This document shows, piece after piece, positions 48,682-60,500 of a stretch of 64,000 nt of DNA (the stretch's first letter is position 1; each line of letters opens with the position of its first letter). The position numbers and the translations under genes were made by a program. Location: NCBI GenBank assembly GCA_964276515.1, contig OZ193909.1, positions 16,864,001 to 16,928,000 of the forward strand. Reading direction: 5' to 3'. The notes beneath the pieces are model-generated. The model ran no database searches, was not told where the DNA came from, and saw only the letters and a program-made list of their open reading frames with translations. The stretch is from Gordius albopunctatus. Taxonomy: Eukaryota.

Positions 48682-51515
48682 TTGGGCACGATCTCCGGTT
48701 AAGTCAAAATTGGAAAAACAGGTTTGGTCAACCGAGGAAAGGCATAACAAAGGATTAAAGAGTCGAGAATTTCTCTCAGAACAACCGGTATGGGTAAGGA
48801 ATGAAACGATACCCGGATGGCGTTAAGGTTCGGTAATTACTAGAACAGGGCCCTTGTCCTACTCAGTGGAAGCGGATGGGAGGATATTGCGGAAGCACGC
48901 CGACCAACTAAGGAATAGATTCTTAGATACACGACAAGAGCCTGTACAATCTTCTTCTCCACAAGGGTCAGTCTCGTCTCGGGGAGAGTTTGGGATTGAA
49001 CCGTCATTTACGTCAGGAGAAGAGACGGAATTGGTACTGTCATTTAGGCCAGGAGAAGAGACGGAATTAGCGGGGGAGGAGAGACAATCTAACTTAGGTC
49101 ACACGTCTCGCCCAAAACGCGACGTTCGCCCACCTTCAAGACTTATCAAAGAAATATAATTAAAACCCAAAGAAAGGGAGGACATATGTTATATATTGTA
49201 ATATTATATTTTAATATTGTATTTTAATCTTATTTGATAATTTCGGTTCGTATTTTATAGATACCCTTTGTTAGGAATATCATATATAATTCCATTTCCA
49301 TATGTTTTAGCGTCATTGTTTTATCGAGCTATCCAATAAATTTATGTTATAATTTCCAGTTGTAATAATGAGCAATGCTCAAGCCGTTGATTTAGCCCTT
49401 CTTCCACCTGTTGATGGTTATGATAGATTATAATGAAATTTCAAAGATGAAACTGAAGTTTTTATTGATGATCCTCATAAATTAGGACAGGGTGTATTAT
49501 CTAGGAAAGCTGAGGTTATTATAACAAACATAGAAAATGAAGTCACACATTTACATACTGAAATGTTGTTACCAACTACAACCAATGTGTCCAATTTTAG
49601 AAAGGAAAATCCATATAAAAAGCAAAAACCGTTAGAATGGGTTTCAATTAAACTTATACCAGAAACAAAAAAACACGCAAAATTCAAAATGTACAAGAGA
49701 ATGCTCCTTATATAGTAAATGAAATACTAAAATCATCTCTTACACCATTGCAAATTTTTCAACTGTTTTGGGATCTTGATTTAATAGAGCTTATATGCAG
49801 GGAAAGTGAAAAATATGCCAAATATAAATATGGTGATGAAACATTTAACGTTTCTTGTGAGGAAATGTACAAAATGCTTAGTGTTACTAGTATCTGGCTA
49901 TTGGAAACTACCTAAAAAACGCCTGTTTTGGGAAACTCAGGCCGATGTTAACAACATTGCAATCGCTAATTGTATTTCAAGAGATAGATTTCAAATGATT
50001 TATAAATATCTACATTTTCCGATAAAACTAGCAACCTGTAAATTGGAAGCTTGAATAGGGTTAATGTTTTGATGGAACATATCAACAAAAATTTTGAAAA
50101 ATTGATTATGCCTAACCCCATCATATATTCTTTAGATGAAGCCATATTACGGTAGATTCCATTAGCGCGAGTTATATTCAATTAAGTAAATGGTTATGTT
50201 TTACGGTATCGAGAATATTTATTTGTTACAGCTTTATATATTGTAAAAAAACGGGCGTAGTTGAGTAAAAAATGGAGACACAAATGACAAAGCAATAGTG
50301 GAAAAAAGTTTAAGGTAATTAGTAGCACCATAACGATAAATAAGTATAAAAACATAGTATAAATAATCCGCTAGATGGCGGTATAGACTACCAAAAAACA
50401 GGGTTACGGCTGTCGCAGGTCGATAAAAAGTATATTAAACCATCTAAGATGCTAGGGCAATGATCTTATCAAATTTGGTGGCAATCGGTCCAGAACTTTA
50501 AGAGTTATTAGAGGTCAAAGAAAACGGAGTTACATTTATATATAGATATATCCCAAATCATTGATTAATCTACAGGGCTTTGTTGCATTTCTCCTTATCA
50601 AAATTCTACCTTTATAATGTGAAATGATATAAACAAATGGAAAATTAATAATTCAAATGGTAAAACAAATACACTATAGCTTGAAGATTTTAGAGGTTTA
50701 ACATGAGTTGGCATTACAAACTCAATCTAATGATTTAATCATCTTTGGCCTATATAGCCCACTTTATTTGATTATAATTTTTAACAAATTAACCACCGAT
50801 TCAAAATATCATCACATTAGATAAATTGTTGCGAAATTTAATGATGTTTGTGGAATAGTTACGACTTCATCAAAACTCATTTTAAGTTTGTGTGTTTTTA
50901 TCATATTTAGATGCTATGAATATAAACATGCAATAAATATATTGAAAAATAATTTAAATGTCTTAAGGGCCACTCATAATTTACTCTGCGAGAATTTTTC
51001 AAATTTAAATTATGCGCAAATTGCTAAAATATTCCAATTATATTGAATTACATTTAATATCCTAAATGTGAATTACAAAATAAAAAATGCACAAACTCAA
51101 TTAAGAAAATTTAAAGCCGAGATCTCGTCGATAAAATCTTGTATCGTCTTGTCTCGAGGTCGAAATTCTCGACCCAATTCGAGATGAAGATTTTTCGCGG
51201 ATTTTCCGCATCACTATCTAAAACTAATTTTTAAAAATGTGCGCTTTACATATTAACTTAGCATCTGGCTTAAGCTTAACATATTTTTACCTTTGTCTAG
51301 ATGCTAAACAAAAACACCCATATATTTATGAGTTTATTGGGTAATTATAAAATCAATCACGTAAATAAACAAAATACATCTATAAAATCATGAGACGGTG
51401 TATGAAGAGCTAAAGGTGTTATAGACTATGAGTGAGATGAATATGACTAATACATATAATGTAAAAATGAATAAACACTTATGATTCTTTTAGAGAAAAT
51501 TTGTAAGCTGGGACT

Positions 51516-54500
51516 TTACCCAAAATTATCTGCCATAACTGTCGATCTGATCCCAACAAATATTTGACTCAATTCCCTAATGCATCTCTGTTCTAAACCC
51601 TTCAACTTTTCACCAGTTGTAACACGCAGAGTTTCATCGAGGGCAGAATTCATGCCTTTAGGACTAGTTTTAACATAGTAAAATGATTGAAAACGTAATT
51701 TTACAAAATAAGATGGTTCACCTAAGATTAATAACTTACTTTAACAAAATCTTGGCAACACCTGCTAGTATGACGCAATCTTGTTTATAAGCCTGTAACC
51801 AAACAATGAAATTATATAAGTATATAAAGAGGCAATTAAGGACAAATAATAATTATCCGTGAAGCTCATAATCCCAAAAGTTATGTTTAAAAAGCGAGGA
51901 GAATAATTCCTTGGCATATTAAAATCCGAATGATATGAAGCGAATGATGATGTGTATATAAAATAGGATCTATGAAAAGGAGAAAATGTTACCTGTGCAT
52001 TATGGATTTTAATTTAAATATATAAAAATCTTTACCAACCAATTTATACACCATCGGTAATACATTCGGCAAACCATTACTAATTTAAGAGTGCATTAAA
52101 TATAAAAAAGGGCTGCCCAGCACATAATAAGGTCAAATCGCATCACCTCCTTGAATACGGGCAAACAAACTGCCCCTTAAAGAGCAAGAGTCATGTACCA
52201 ATCCCTTTTCTTCCACTTATACTAATCTTCAAAATATTTGAAGCAAATGGTGATAAACACACACAGGGAGTGGAGGCGTATAATTATCGCCCGCTCCTTA
52301 CACACGCACTCAGGGTGGTGTAGGTTGATTAAAATTACAATGTGATAAAATCCCTGTATAGCTTCGTGCATAATCAAAATGACATACATGAAAAAGCATC
52401 ATGATGCATGTGGGCAGTACACAAAAAATCCTGAAAAAAGAAATATAAGTATAGCGTTTCGTCTAGCATTTTTAGATAATGCGGGTCATTATAATGTGAA
52501 GGGGTCGAAGTAACTCGAGCTAAAAGAAACATGATTGTAGGTGGGGAAGAGAACGTAACGAAACAAAAGGATGATAAAAAAGAAATTACCGTTTCGATTT
52601 GCTTCTTAAAACTATCGATCACTTCGAGCGTCTTGAAAGAAAATTTATTATCGGCACTCCCCATATCATCGCTTTCAATTTGAGCGCAACTTTCTTTGTT
52701 ATCATCATCTTTACCCTGCGCCACGGTGTGGGCAGTCGGGGTTTCTTGATCCTCATTATCCCTCTTATTTTTCTTGCGTTTGGAGCGGCGTTTACCCTTG
52801 TCTCGCGAAGACCCTTCTTCCAAAGTAGTGTTAGCGTCGGCTCCATAGTCTAGGCGATTTTGGAATTATAGCATTATACAATTTGATGAAGATTTGTATT
52901 AAAACTAGAGCACGCCAAATAATTTTAATGGGGTAGGATAATCCCCTTTAAACAGGCGTAAGCGAGGAAAGTAAAATTAGGTGTAAGTTCTTAACGGGTT
53001 ATTTGATCAAAGATGTTCACCACAGCTACCAATTAAAGGTATCTAATAGGTCCTCTCTAGGGAATTAATTGGAAAGAAATTAAGGCAATATTTTCGTTCT
53101 TTAAATCCTAATACTAGCACAAAAAGATTCATCCCATGGCAAAATCGCTAATCAGAAATTAAAAGGGGTAACCAACCAAAATATTATTTATTTTTTTGTG
53201 CTAATTTTCGTATATGAATACTTAAGCTTGGGAAAAGCCTTTTTGTCCCGCCCTTTCCTCTGATCCTTTAATTTGCATAGCAAATGTGCTACGTGTATAT
53301 GGAGTATGGACAAGTATTGAAAGAAGAGTTTCCCAGAATTAGCCGCAATTACAAATGTCTAATATATGCTTAATATCATATATAGCCTGCGTTGTGTACC
53401 TCCTTTACGCTTACGCGCTCCAATTTGACGCTCGATCGTCGTAGCTTCATTTTCTTCCTCATCCTCATAATCGTCGAGGGGACTAGGTTCGCGACGCCCG
53501 CGTTCAACCAGCTGACTCCTACGGCGACGCCTGAAGCTAGTAGCGTCAGCATCGTCGCCACCCGCGGGCTCGGGAAAATCGTCGACAGCGGTGAAATCGC
53601 GATCGCGCGCCATAGCAGCAGCGGCTACGGCGGCAGAAGCGTTAGTGGGAAAGCGTTTTTCGGGGAAGGGAGCGTTGGAGGCCAGCGGCGCGCCGCGCAC
53701 TTTTTCATCTTCGGGCTCCTCAAAGCGATGTCTACGTCTTTTCTTGATAATTGTGTTGGCGTCTGTGATTACAAAATTATAAAAGTTAGTATTAGCAATG
53801 AGTAATATAGGTCGAGTGGGATAGGTGAGATCTTAGACCGTTTATTATTTAGGGAGAAATTTTAGGATTTTTTTATTAATGATATACAATCATAAGGGAA
53901 TTGATATTGTAATTGAATACTAAAGTTAAAATATACGAATGCAAAGGTTTTAGAAATAAATGCAAACTAATTGATTAAAAATTTAAGGTCTAATGGAGCC
54001 ACTATTTTCAATCTAACGAGCTAAGTGTTAACACGAATTTTATATGCTCGTAGTTCACAGAAACGATACAAATTGGTAAGAGTGTATAATAATAGAAAGC
54101 AGTATTGCGAAAGTATACTTTCCCATCGAAAACTACTTAAGTCTAAAAAGGTGGGGTTTAGCGGTTTTATATTTGAAAAAATAAAAATTTTGCAGTATAA
54201 TATATCTTTAACATAAAGCGTAGACTTTTACACCCCCCCCCGTCCTAAATATAAAACTTTCGGTTCAAAAACGGTATCTAATTTTGCATGCTGAATCTCA
54301 CGTTGTTCATCTTCTCGTTTTTCCGGGCCGCCCAGATTGGTGATGGCCGTGGTAGTGAGGGGTATGACCGGGGCGAAGGGGTTAGCCAAATCCATCCCGG
54401 GTTCGATGTTGAGTTGATGGTGGTTATGATGTTGACGCGACTCTTGTACTCGCGTTTGCTGCTTAAGCGCTGAGCTAGCTTTATCGCGCTTTTTGCGCTG

Positions 54501-57500
54501 CTTCTTTTCAGCCGCGTTATTGTAGCGCTCTTGGTCATCCCTCCAATCGGTGCTCTTTTCTTCCTCTTCTTCATCATACTCCTCCAACAGAGTGTCGTTG
54601 GGTTTAGCCTGAGACCCAATCAAGCCGGGAGGCATAACTTTAATGTCGACCATGGCGGGAGCGTTGTTGTGCTGTTGCTGAACTTGGGTGCCGGCGGGAT
54701 GCTTGTGGTTGAAATTGACGTCGTCCAAAAACTTTTCGTAAGCGTCGCGCAGACCGGCTTTGTCCTTGAGCCCGCCCGGAGGTCCAAAAGTACCTGAGAA
54801 AATTTAAGGTTAAATGGGAATGATATAATTTAAATGGCACAATAAAAAAAGTGATAAAGAGGCGGTTTATATAAAGTACCATATTATGTACGTACAATAG
54901 TGTTGTTAACTAGCGCGTCTCATTAGAACTAAGCTGTTGAAAGGAGTAAATAGACTTATTACTATCAACATCAAGGTTCTATGGTTACAAACGCTTCCAT
55001 AGTTTAGGGTAGAGAACTGCACGGGTGACCCGAGACCGGTTCGAAAATTTTAATATGCTTTAGGGTCGGGTTGGGTTCAAAGTGTGGGGTCAAGGGTTAT
55101 GAATCTTAGATTGCAGAATGCACGGGACATAACTTTAAAAATAATGCTATTATGTATAATATTTTTTAATTAATATCGAAATTTATAGTTGAAGATCATT
55201 CATTAAGTTTTTTTTGCTCTTTTTTAAATCTGACTGTTTTAATTAGAATGCAAATTTAAATTTGACTGTGAAAGGTAAAATATATCAACAAAATAATATT
55301 TTTAAATAGTATTAGTTAATTATTAATTTAAACTACATAAATTTATATTCATAAAACAAATAAGATTATTTTTAAATGATTCATTTGCAAAATTCTATAT
55401 TTCAAATTGAATGTGACCTGATATATATATATATCTATAATAAATCATGAAAATAAATTTATTTATCAAATTATGTGGATTTGATTAGTTTCATAAATCG
55501 CACTTTAATTTGTTGATTAAATTGTAAACACCTTCACACGGGAGTAGCCAGAAAATTGAAATTATAGGTGGGGGGGGGGGCAATAATGATTAAGGGAGGG
55601 GCAAAATGACCATAATTTAATTTTAGCCATATAATTTGATAAAATATCTAAGATTTTTTAAATTTAGAGGGGGACAGCCGCCCCTCCCTGTCTGCGCCCA
55701 TGCACACCGCAATTTTTCTTACTCTCGCGTTGGATACCAAAATTTGAAACACATTCGGAAGGAATCCGGTTAAATTTTTTTTACCACTTTCAGGTCGGGC
55801 CGGGTTAAAAATTAAAAAAATCTGGATCGGGTCGGTTTGGAAAAAATGACTTCGCAGTTCTCTAGTTAGTGCAGGGGCATGTTATTTTAACGATCCCTCG
55901 ACAAAGAGACTAACATTTTAAAGGGCTAATTTATGCACTGCATGATATCACTTTAGCAGACGCCTCGGCGCGCCCTTTACAACCCTAGTACAAAAATATG
56001 ATCACATGTTTATTTCCTTCTCAAACACGTTTGTGTCCACCAAAACTAGCTTCGCGTTCACTATATATTACAAAATCAAATGTGCTGGCAACTATACCCA
56101 ATCCAGGAGGTCCCCCGTCGCCTTCGTCTATACTCAGCTGAGGCACTCCAGAAGGAATTGAGGTTGAGATGGAGTGTCCGGCAGGCTTGTTGGCGTTGCC
56201 GTGTATGCTAGCGAAGGGGTAAGTTACGGCCGCGTTCGGGTCGAAGAATTGAGAGGGCGGACCCGCTCTAAGGCCTTGGAGCGTAGTTGGAGATTTTAGG
56301 CTGGGAGGTTCGCTGTCGTCGGCAGCCGTCCATATGGAGGAAGGCAGGGGGACCAGGCTGCCTGATGGGTTATTCGGGCCGGGGGCGTTGGGCTTGGTTT
56401 GATCCCCACCCGATGCGCTAGCATCTTAAATTATAAGCGCGAGCGCGTTAAGGAGGGAAATACGAAATAACAAACATAAGTCATACTTTAGCAAATATCG
56501 AAAACTTTACCGAAAATGTTACTTATTGATTTAATAAAATCATCCTTAATTTTTTAATTCTTTTGAGATAAATTGGCTTGAATATGTGTATAGGAGGTAA
56601 TAATTAGGGCGTAATATAAATACCCGAATTTTGAGTAGATGGAAAAGTAGTGGTTGACATCATCCTTAAGTTTATGTTGATCTTGGTTTGGACCGGGGGC
56701 GCTACTTTAATCGGCGGCAAAAAGCTGAGCCCATTGGTCGCGCCAGAGGCGAGGCCGCCGTTAGCCTGAGGGGGACCAGGAGTACCGCTACCCAAATTAC
56801 CGAGGACATTAGCCAAAAACTTTTCGGCGCTATCAGTAGCTTGCGCCGCCGCCGGAGGGGCGAGCTTCGGGGCTGAGCTCGCGGCGAGCTTAGCCAAAGG
56901 CACGTCGTCTTCGTCTTGCGCGCTGGTGGTGAGAGCGGCTGACGCTTGTGCAGGAGCGTTGGATTGTTGCTGTGCAGCTTGTTGATTGAACAGAGAGCCG
57001 AGCTTAGTGGAATTCATGTCGACCAAATTGCTTGTGCTCGACGCCTGAGCTGGCCCGTTCTTTATAACGCTGCCGCTCCTACGACGCCCAGAGCGCTTTG
57101 ATGATTTCTAAAAGGCACAAAAAACTATGAACCGATATTTGCGAACGAGTCTGCGTTTTCTATCAATTTATCTTTATTCACTACTGTTGTAAAAACGAAC
57201 TAAAATAAAGAGACAAAAGGTTTTTTGGTCAAGCCTTTGGTCTTTTAATGCTTAATCGACCAAAACCAAAAGGCGACCAAACAAACAACACTATTATTCA
57301 CTCTAGTACTCCACGAGCCGCTCCAACACACCCTACATCTAGTCCATCATAATTATCATTTAAAGGATTCAGAAATGGTCAAACGAGAGATTCAAATTTC
57401 AAGGATAGAATTGAGACCACATAATGTTTCGCTAGGTTCATAGAGAGTCCACATCAGAATTTGCAAAAATTAACCGTAAACATCGTTAAACAATTGTCCT

Positions 57501-60500
57501 ATTCTTGCCCTGACAACGTTACAGCCGTCAGGCGGCCCCCCCCCTAAAAACCATAAAATTTTATTTAGTTAAATTTTTAATAAACCGAACAATACTATTT
57601 AACACAAAAGTACCCATTTGCTACAAGAGTATAAAAAAAATCAAAAGTTCAAAGTCACGAGAAAATTTAAACAACTTTTAGTTTTATACATTCTTATTCC
57701 TCGCGTCCCTAATATAAACAAAAAGTATATATAAAAGAACACCGAGCGTCAAAAAGCCTTAGCACTCACCGAAGATGCGCGACTGCTACGTGAAGAGCTT
57801 CGACTACTGCTGCGGTAACTCGGTGGTCCGCCGCGTCTATTAGACCCGCCTCCGGGGCTGTAATGGGGTCGTCTTCGCCTGTCGTAAGACCCGGGCGGGC
57901 CATCGGGTCCGCCTCCAGAACCACCGACCCTCTGCTCATCCCAAGATCGCCTATGTCTGGGCCCACCGCGATCGTCGTAATAATTGTTTCGGTGGTAATT
58001 GCCACGTGGTCCCTACGTTTAAAAAGCGAATCAATCCATTAATAGGAAAATAGCTTTTAATTATGGATAGTTTAGCTTTCGCTCGTTTGGTGAAATTCGG
58101 CTTGAATTTCGATGAGGTTCGTAAGCCTTTTTTAAATTTATGAAAGGGATTATCTGATTATTTCGAAATAGTGGGAACTTTAATAGGAATTAATTCAATT
58201 TTAGTGAAAGAAAAAATCCTTTACCCCAAAATTACAAAGTAGGGTGGCCGCCAATGTACTGACTAAACTAAAATTATCATGTCTCCCGAAATGTATTAAA
58301 TCTAGGCTATTAGTTTTGGTGATTTATTTGCAATAAACATGAGGGGCGAGATTAAATCACATATTTCCGCACACACTATAGCGATCAATGCAAAACAAAA
58401 CATAATTCATTATAGATCATTGAAGAAATCTGAAAAGTGATCTGAGTCAAACTCATGGTAATAATTTCAGAGAGAAATGCCTAAAACTTAATTCAAAACA
58501 TTTTGCCTTTGTCGTCTGATGAAATTTTTATAAATTTTTGTTATGCATTTAGGTAAATGGCAGGTTAAAGCTTTGATAAGATTTTAAAACTATTTTAAAG
58601 CACATGTAAGAAGAATAATTTGTTGTATGATGCTATTTGGTCGTATATAATTTTAAAAGGGTTTTAAAAACAAATAAAAACCCCAATTATGAAACAAAAT
58701 GCATTTACCTTGTAGCCACCGCCATTGTATCCATCGTGGTGATTATAATATCCACCACCCCCAGAGCCACGCCCCCTATAATATCTATCGTAATGACCCG
58801 GGGGGCCATTAGGACCGCCCCTTCGGTTGCCCCGACCCCCACCATAGTAGGAAGAGGGCGGAGGCCCGTCGGAATTGCGTTGATAGTAATTACGAGGATT
58901 CTTGTGATGGTATCCACCCCGCCCATCTTGAGGGGCGGGCCCGTCGGTGGGCGAGGAGTTGGGGGGTGAGCCTGCCCCATCTTCACCAGCCCCTCCTTCA
59001 TGTTGTTTGGAGGAGCGAGAACGATTGAAAGTATCAGAGTAGCTAGAATTAAACAAATTTTTTTGGTAACAAAGTCTACAAAAAACTTATGATCTTATAA
59101 AATAAAAGAGAGTTAAGAGTAATAAAATTCAGCAATCACTATAATATGGTCACTTATATAGTTGGTATAAAATATATCAAGTCAAAATCGTGTTAATTAA
59201 TCAGTATTGCTATGCAATTTATGGGATCACTAGTATTGACCAAAAAGTGAGTGAAAGTAGTGTCGGGGCGAAACATTAAGACTCTACAAATTTTTTGTCC
59301 ATCAAGAAAAGCATAACGATCTGTGTTTGAATTACCTAAACAGCATTTGTTTTGAAAATAAAGCTGTAAATTTAAAACATTGGCAAAGGAGGAAGAGTAA
59401 CTAGATATATCCCCATGAATAGGCAAACTTCAAAGGGCATTTTAAATCAATAATAAATAGGATACCTTGCAACCGCTAATATAAATGAAAACAAATTTAT
59501 GCATTATATTAGTGATGGGGAAAACCTAGGTGGTCAGCCTTAGACTATAGGTTAAGGCTCGCGTGCAAAGTGATAGCAATAGCCTAAAACATGCTAAAAA
59601 CAGCCTAAACAACCTTTCCTATTGTATATTAGCGCTTGCTTACGCTTAGCTAAGCATAGCTAGTATTAGGAACGGTATACATAAATAATACACAATATCC
59701 CCCTTCTCTAATATAATGTATCTGTCTCAGCAAAAGGGGGAATATCTAAATTTAATTAATTTCTAGGTGGCGGTATAGTTTTAAATACTAAATGTATTTT
59801 AATTTAGATTACAATAAATTTTTTTAACTTTAACTACATCATTATTAGATTTTTAACTTATTAATAATATAATAATTTGTTAATATCATTTAATATTACA
59901 AAAAAATAAGAGAGAAATATAGGGACTATAGTTTACTTGAAATCCTTGGCTATATATGAGAATATTACCTTAGCTCACCTAACCTAAAGGTTTAGCATAG
60001 CTCTAATTATCCACCTAATAGCGTTTAGGCTAATTTGCGCTATAGACTAATCTCAGCAGGTTTTTTTATAAAGAATTCACCTAATATTTCAGGTCAAATC
60101 GACCATAAAAAGGCGTTTTTCGGCCGACCCCGTCAGAATTTTATAAAATTTGGTGAAAATGTTAAAACTAGTATAATTATTAATTTCTGAAAATATTAGC
60201 TCATTTGGACCACTACTTTTCGAGTTGTGGGCGCTCAAAGGTCGAAAATCGGGCTTTTAAAAAATCGGTTCGTGAAGCTATAATTAATAAAATTTATAGG
60301 TTATTGGTCCCCAAATGATATAATCTTGTTGTAGAGATAGGTAAGACCTATCTCTCAGATTCATATCGCGCGAATTTAACTTGTCTAAATATCCGATTCA
60401 ATTTTATGGGTCAGACTCGGTTGTAATCATAAATATTTTGTTTTTTAATAGTTAAAAACGTTTTTTTTATTTCAAATCTTGAGATTAAATCTAAACTTTA

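Larger units (their letters stand above)
45835..49367 (+). mobile_element. Ty3/Gypsy (Mag-like) LTR retrotransposon lacking the RT core
   Basis: 181-bp LTRs at 45835-46015 and 49187-49367 (about 3 mismatches); TSD ATGAG; PBS TGGCGCTGCGAA; PPT AAGAAAGGGAGG. Confidence 0.95.
45743..50155 (+). pseudogene. piggyBac-like (PGBD2/3-type) transposase remnant split by the Gypsy insertion
   Basis: PLNTEEVLTLLES (~45748-45800) continues after the LTR element as NAQAVDLALLPP (49373), then TPLQIFQLFWDLDLIELICRESEKYA, LLVSGYWKLPKKRLFWE, ISRDRFQMIYKYLHF and SLDEA. Confidence 0.8.
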
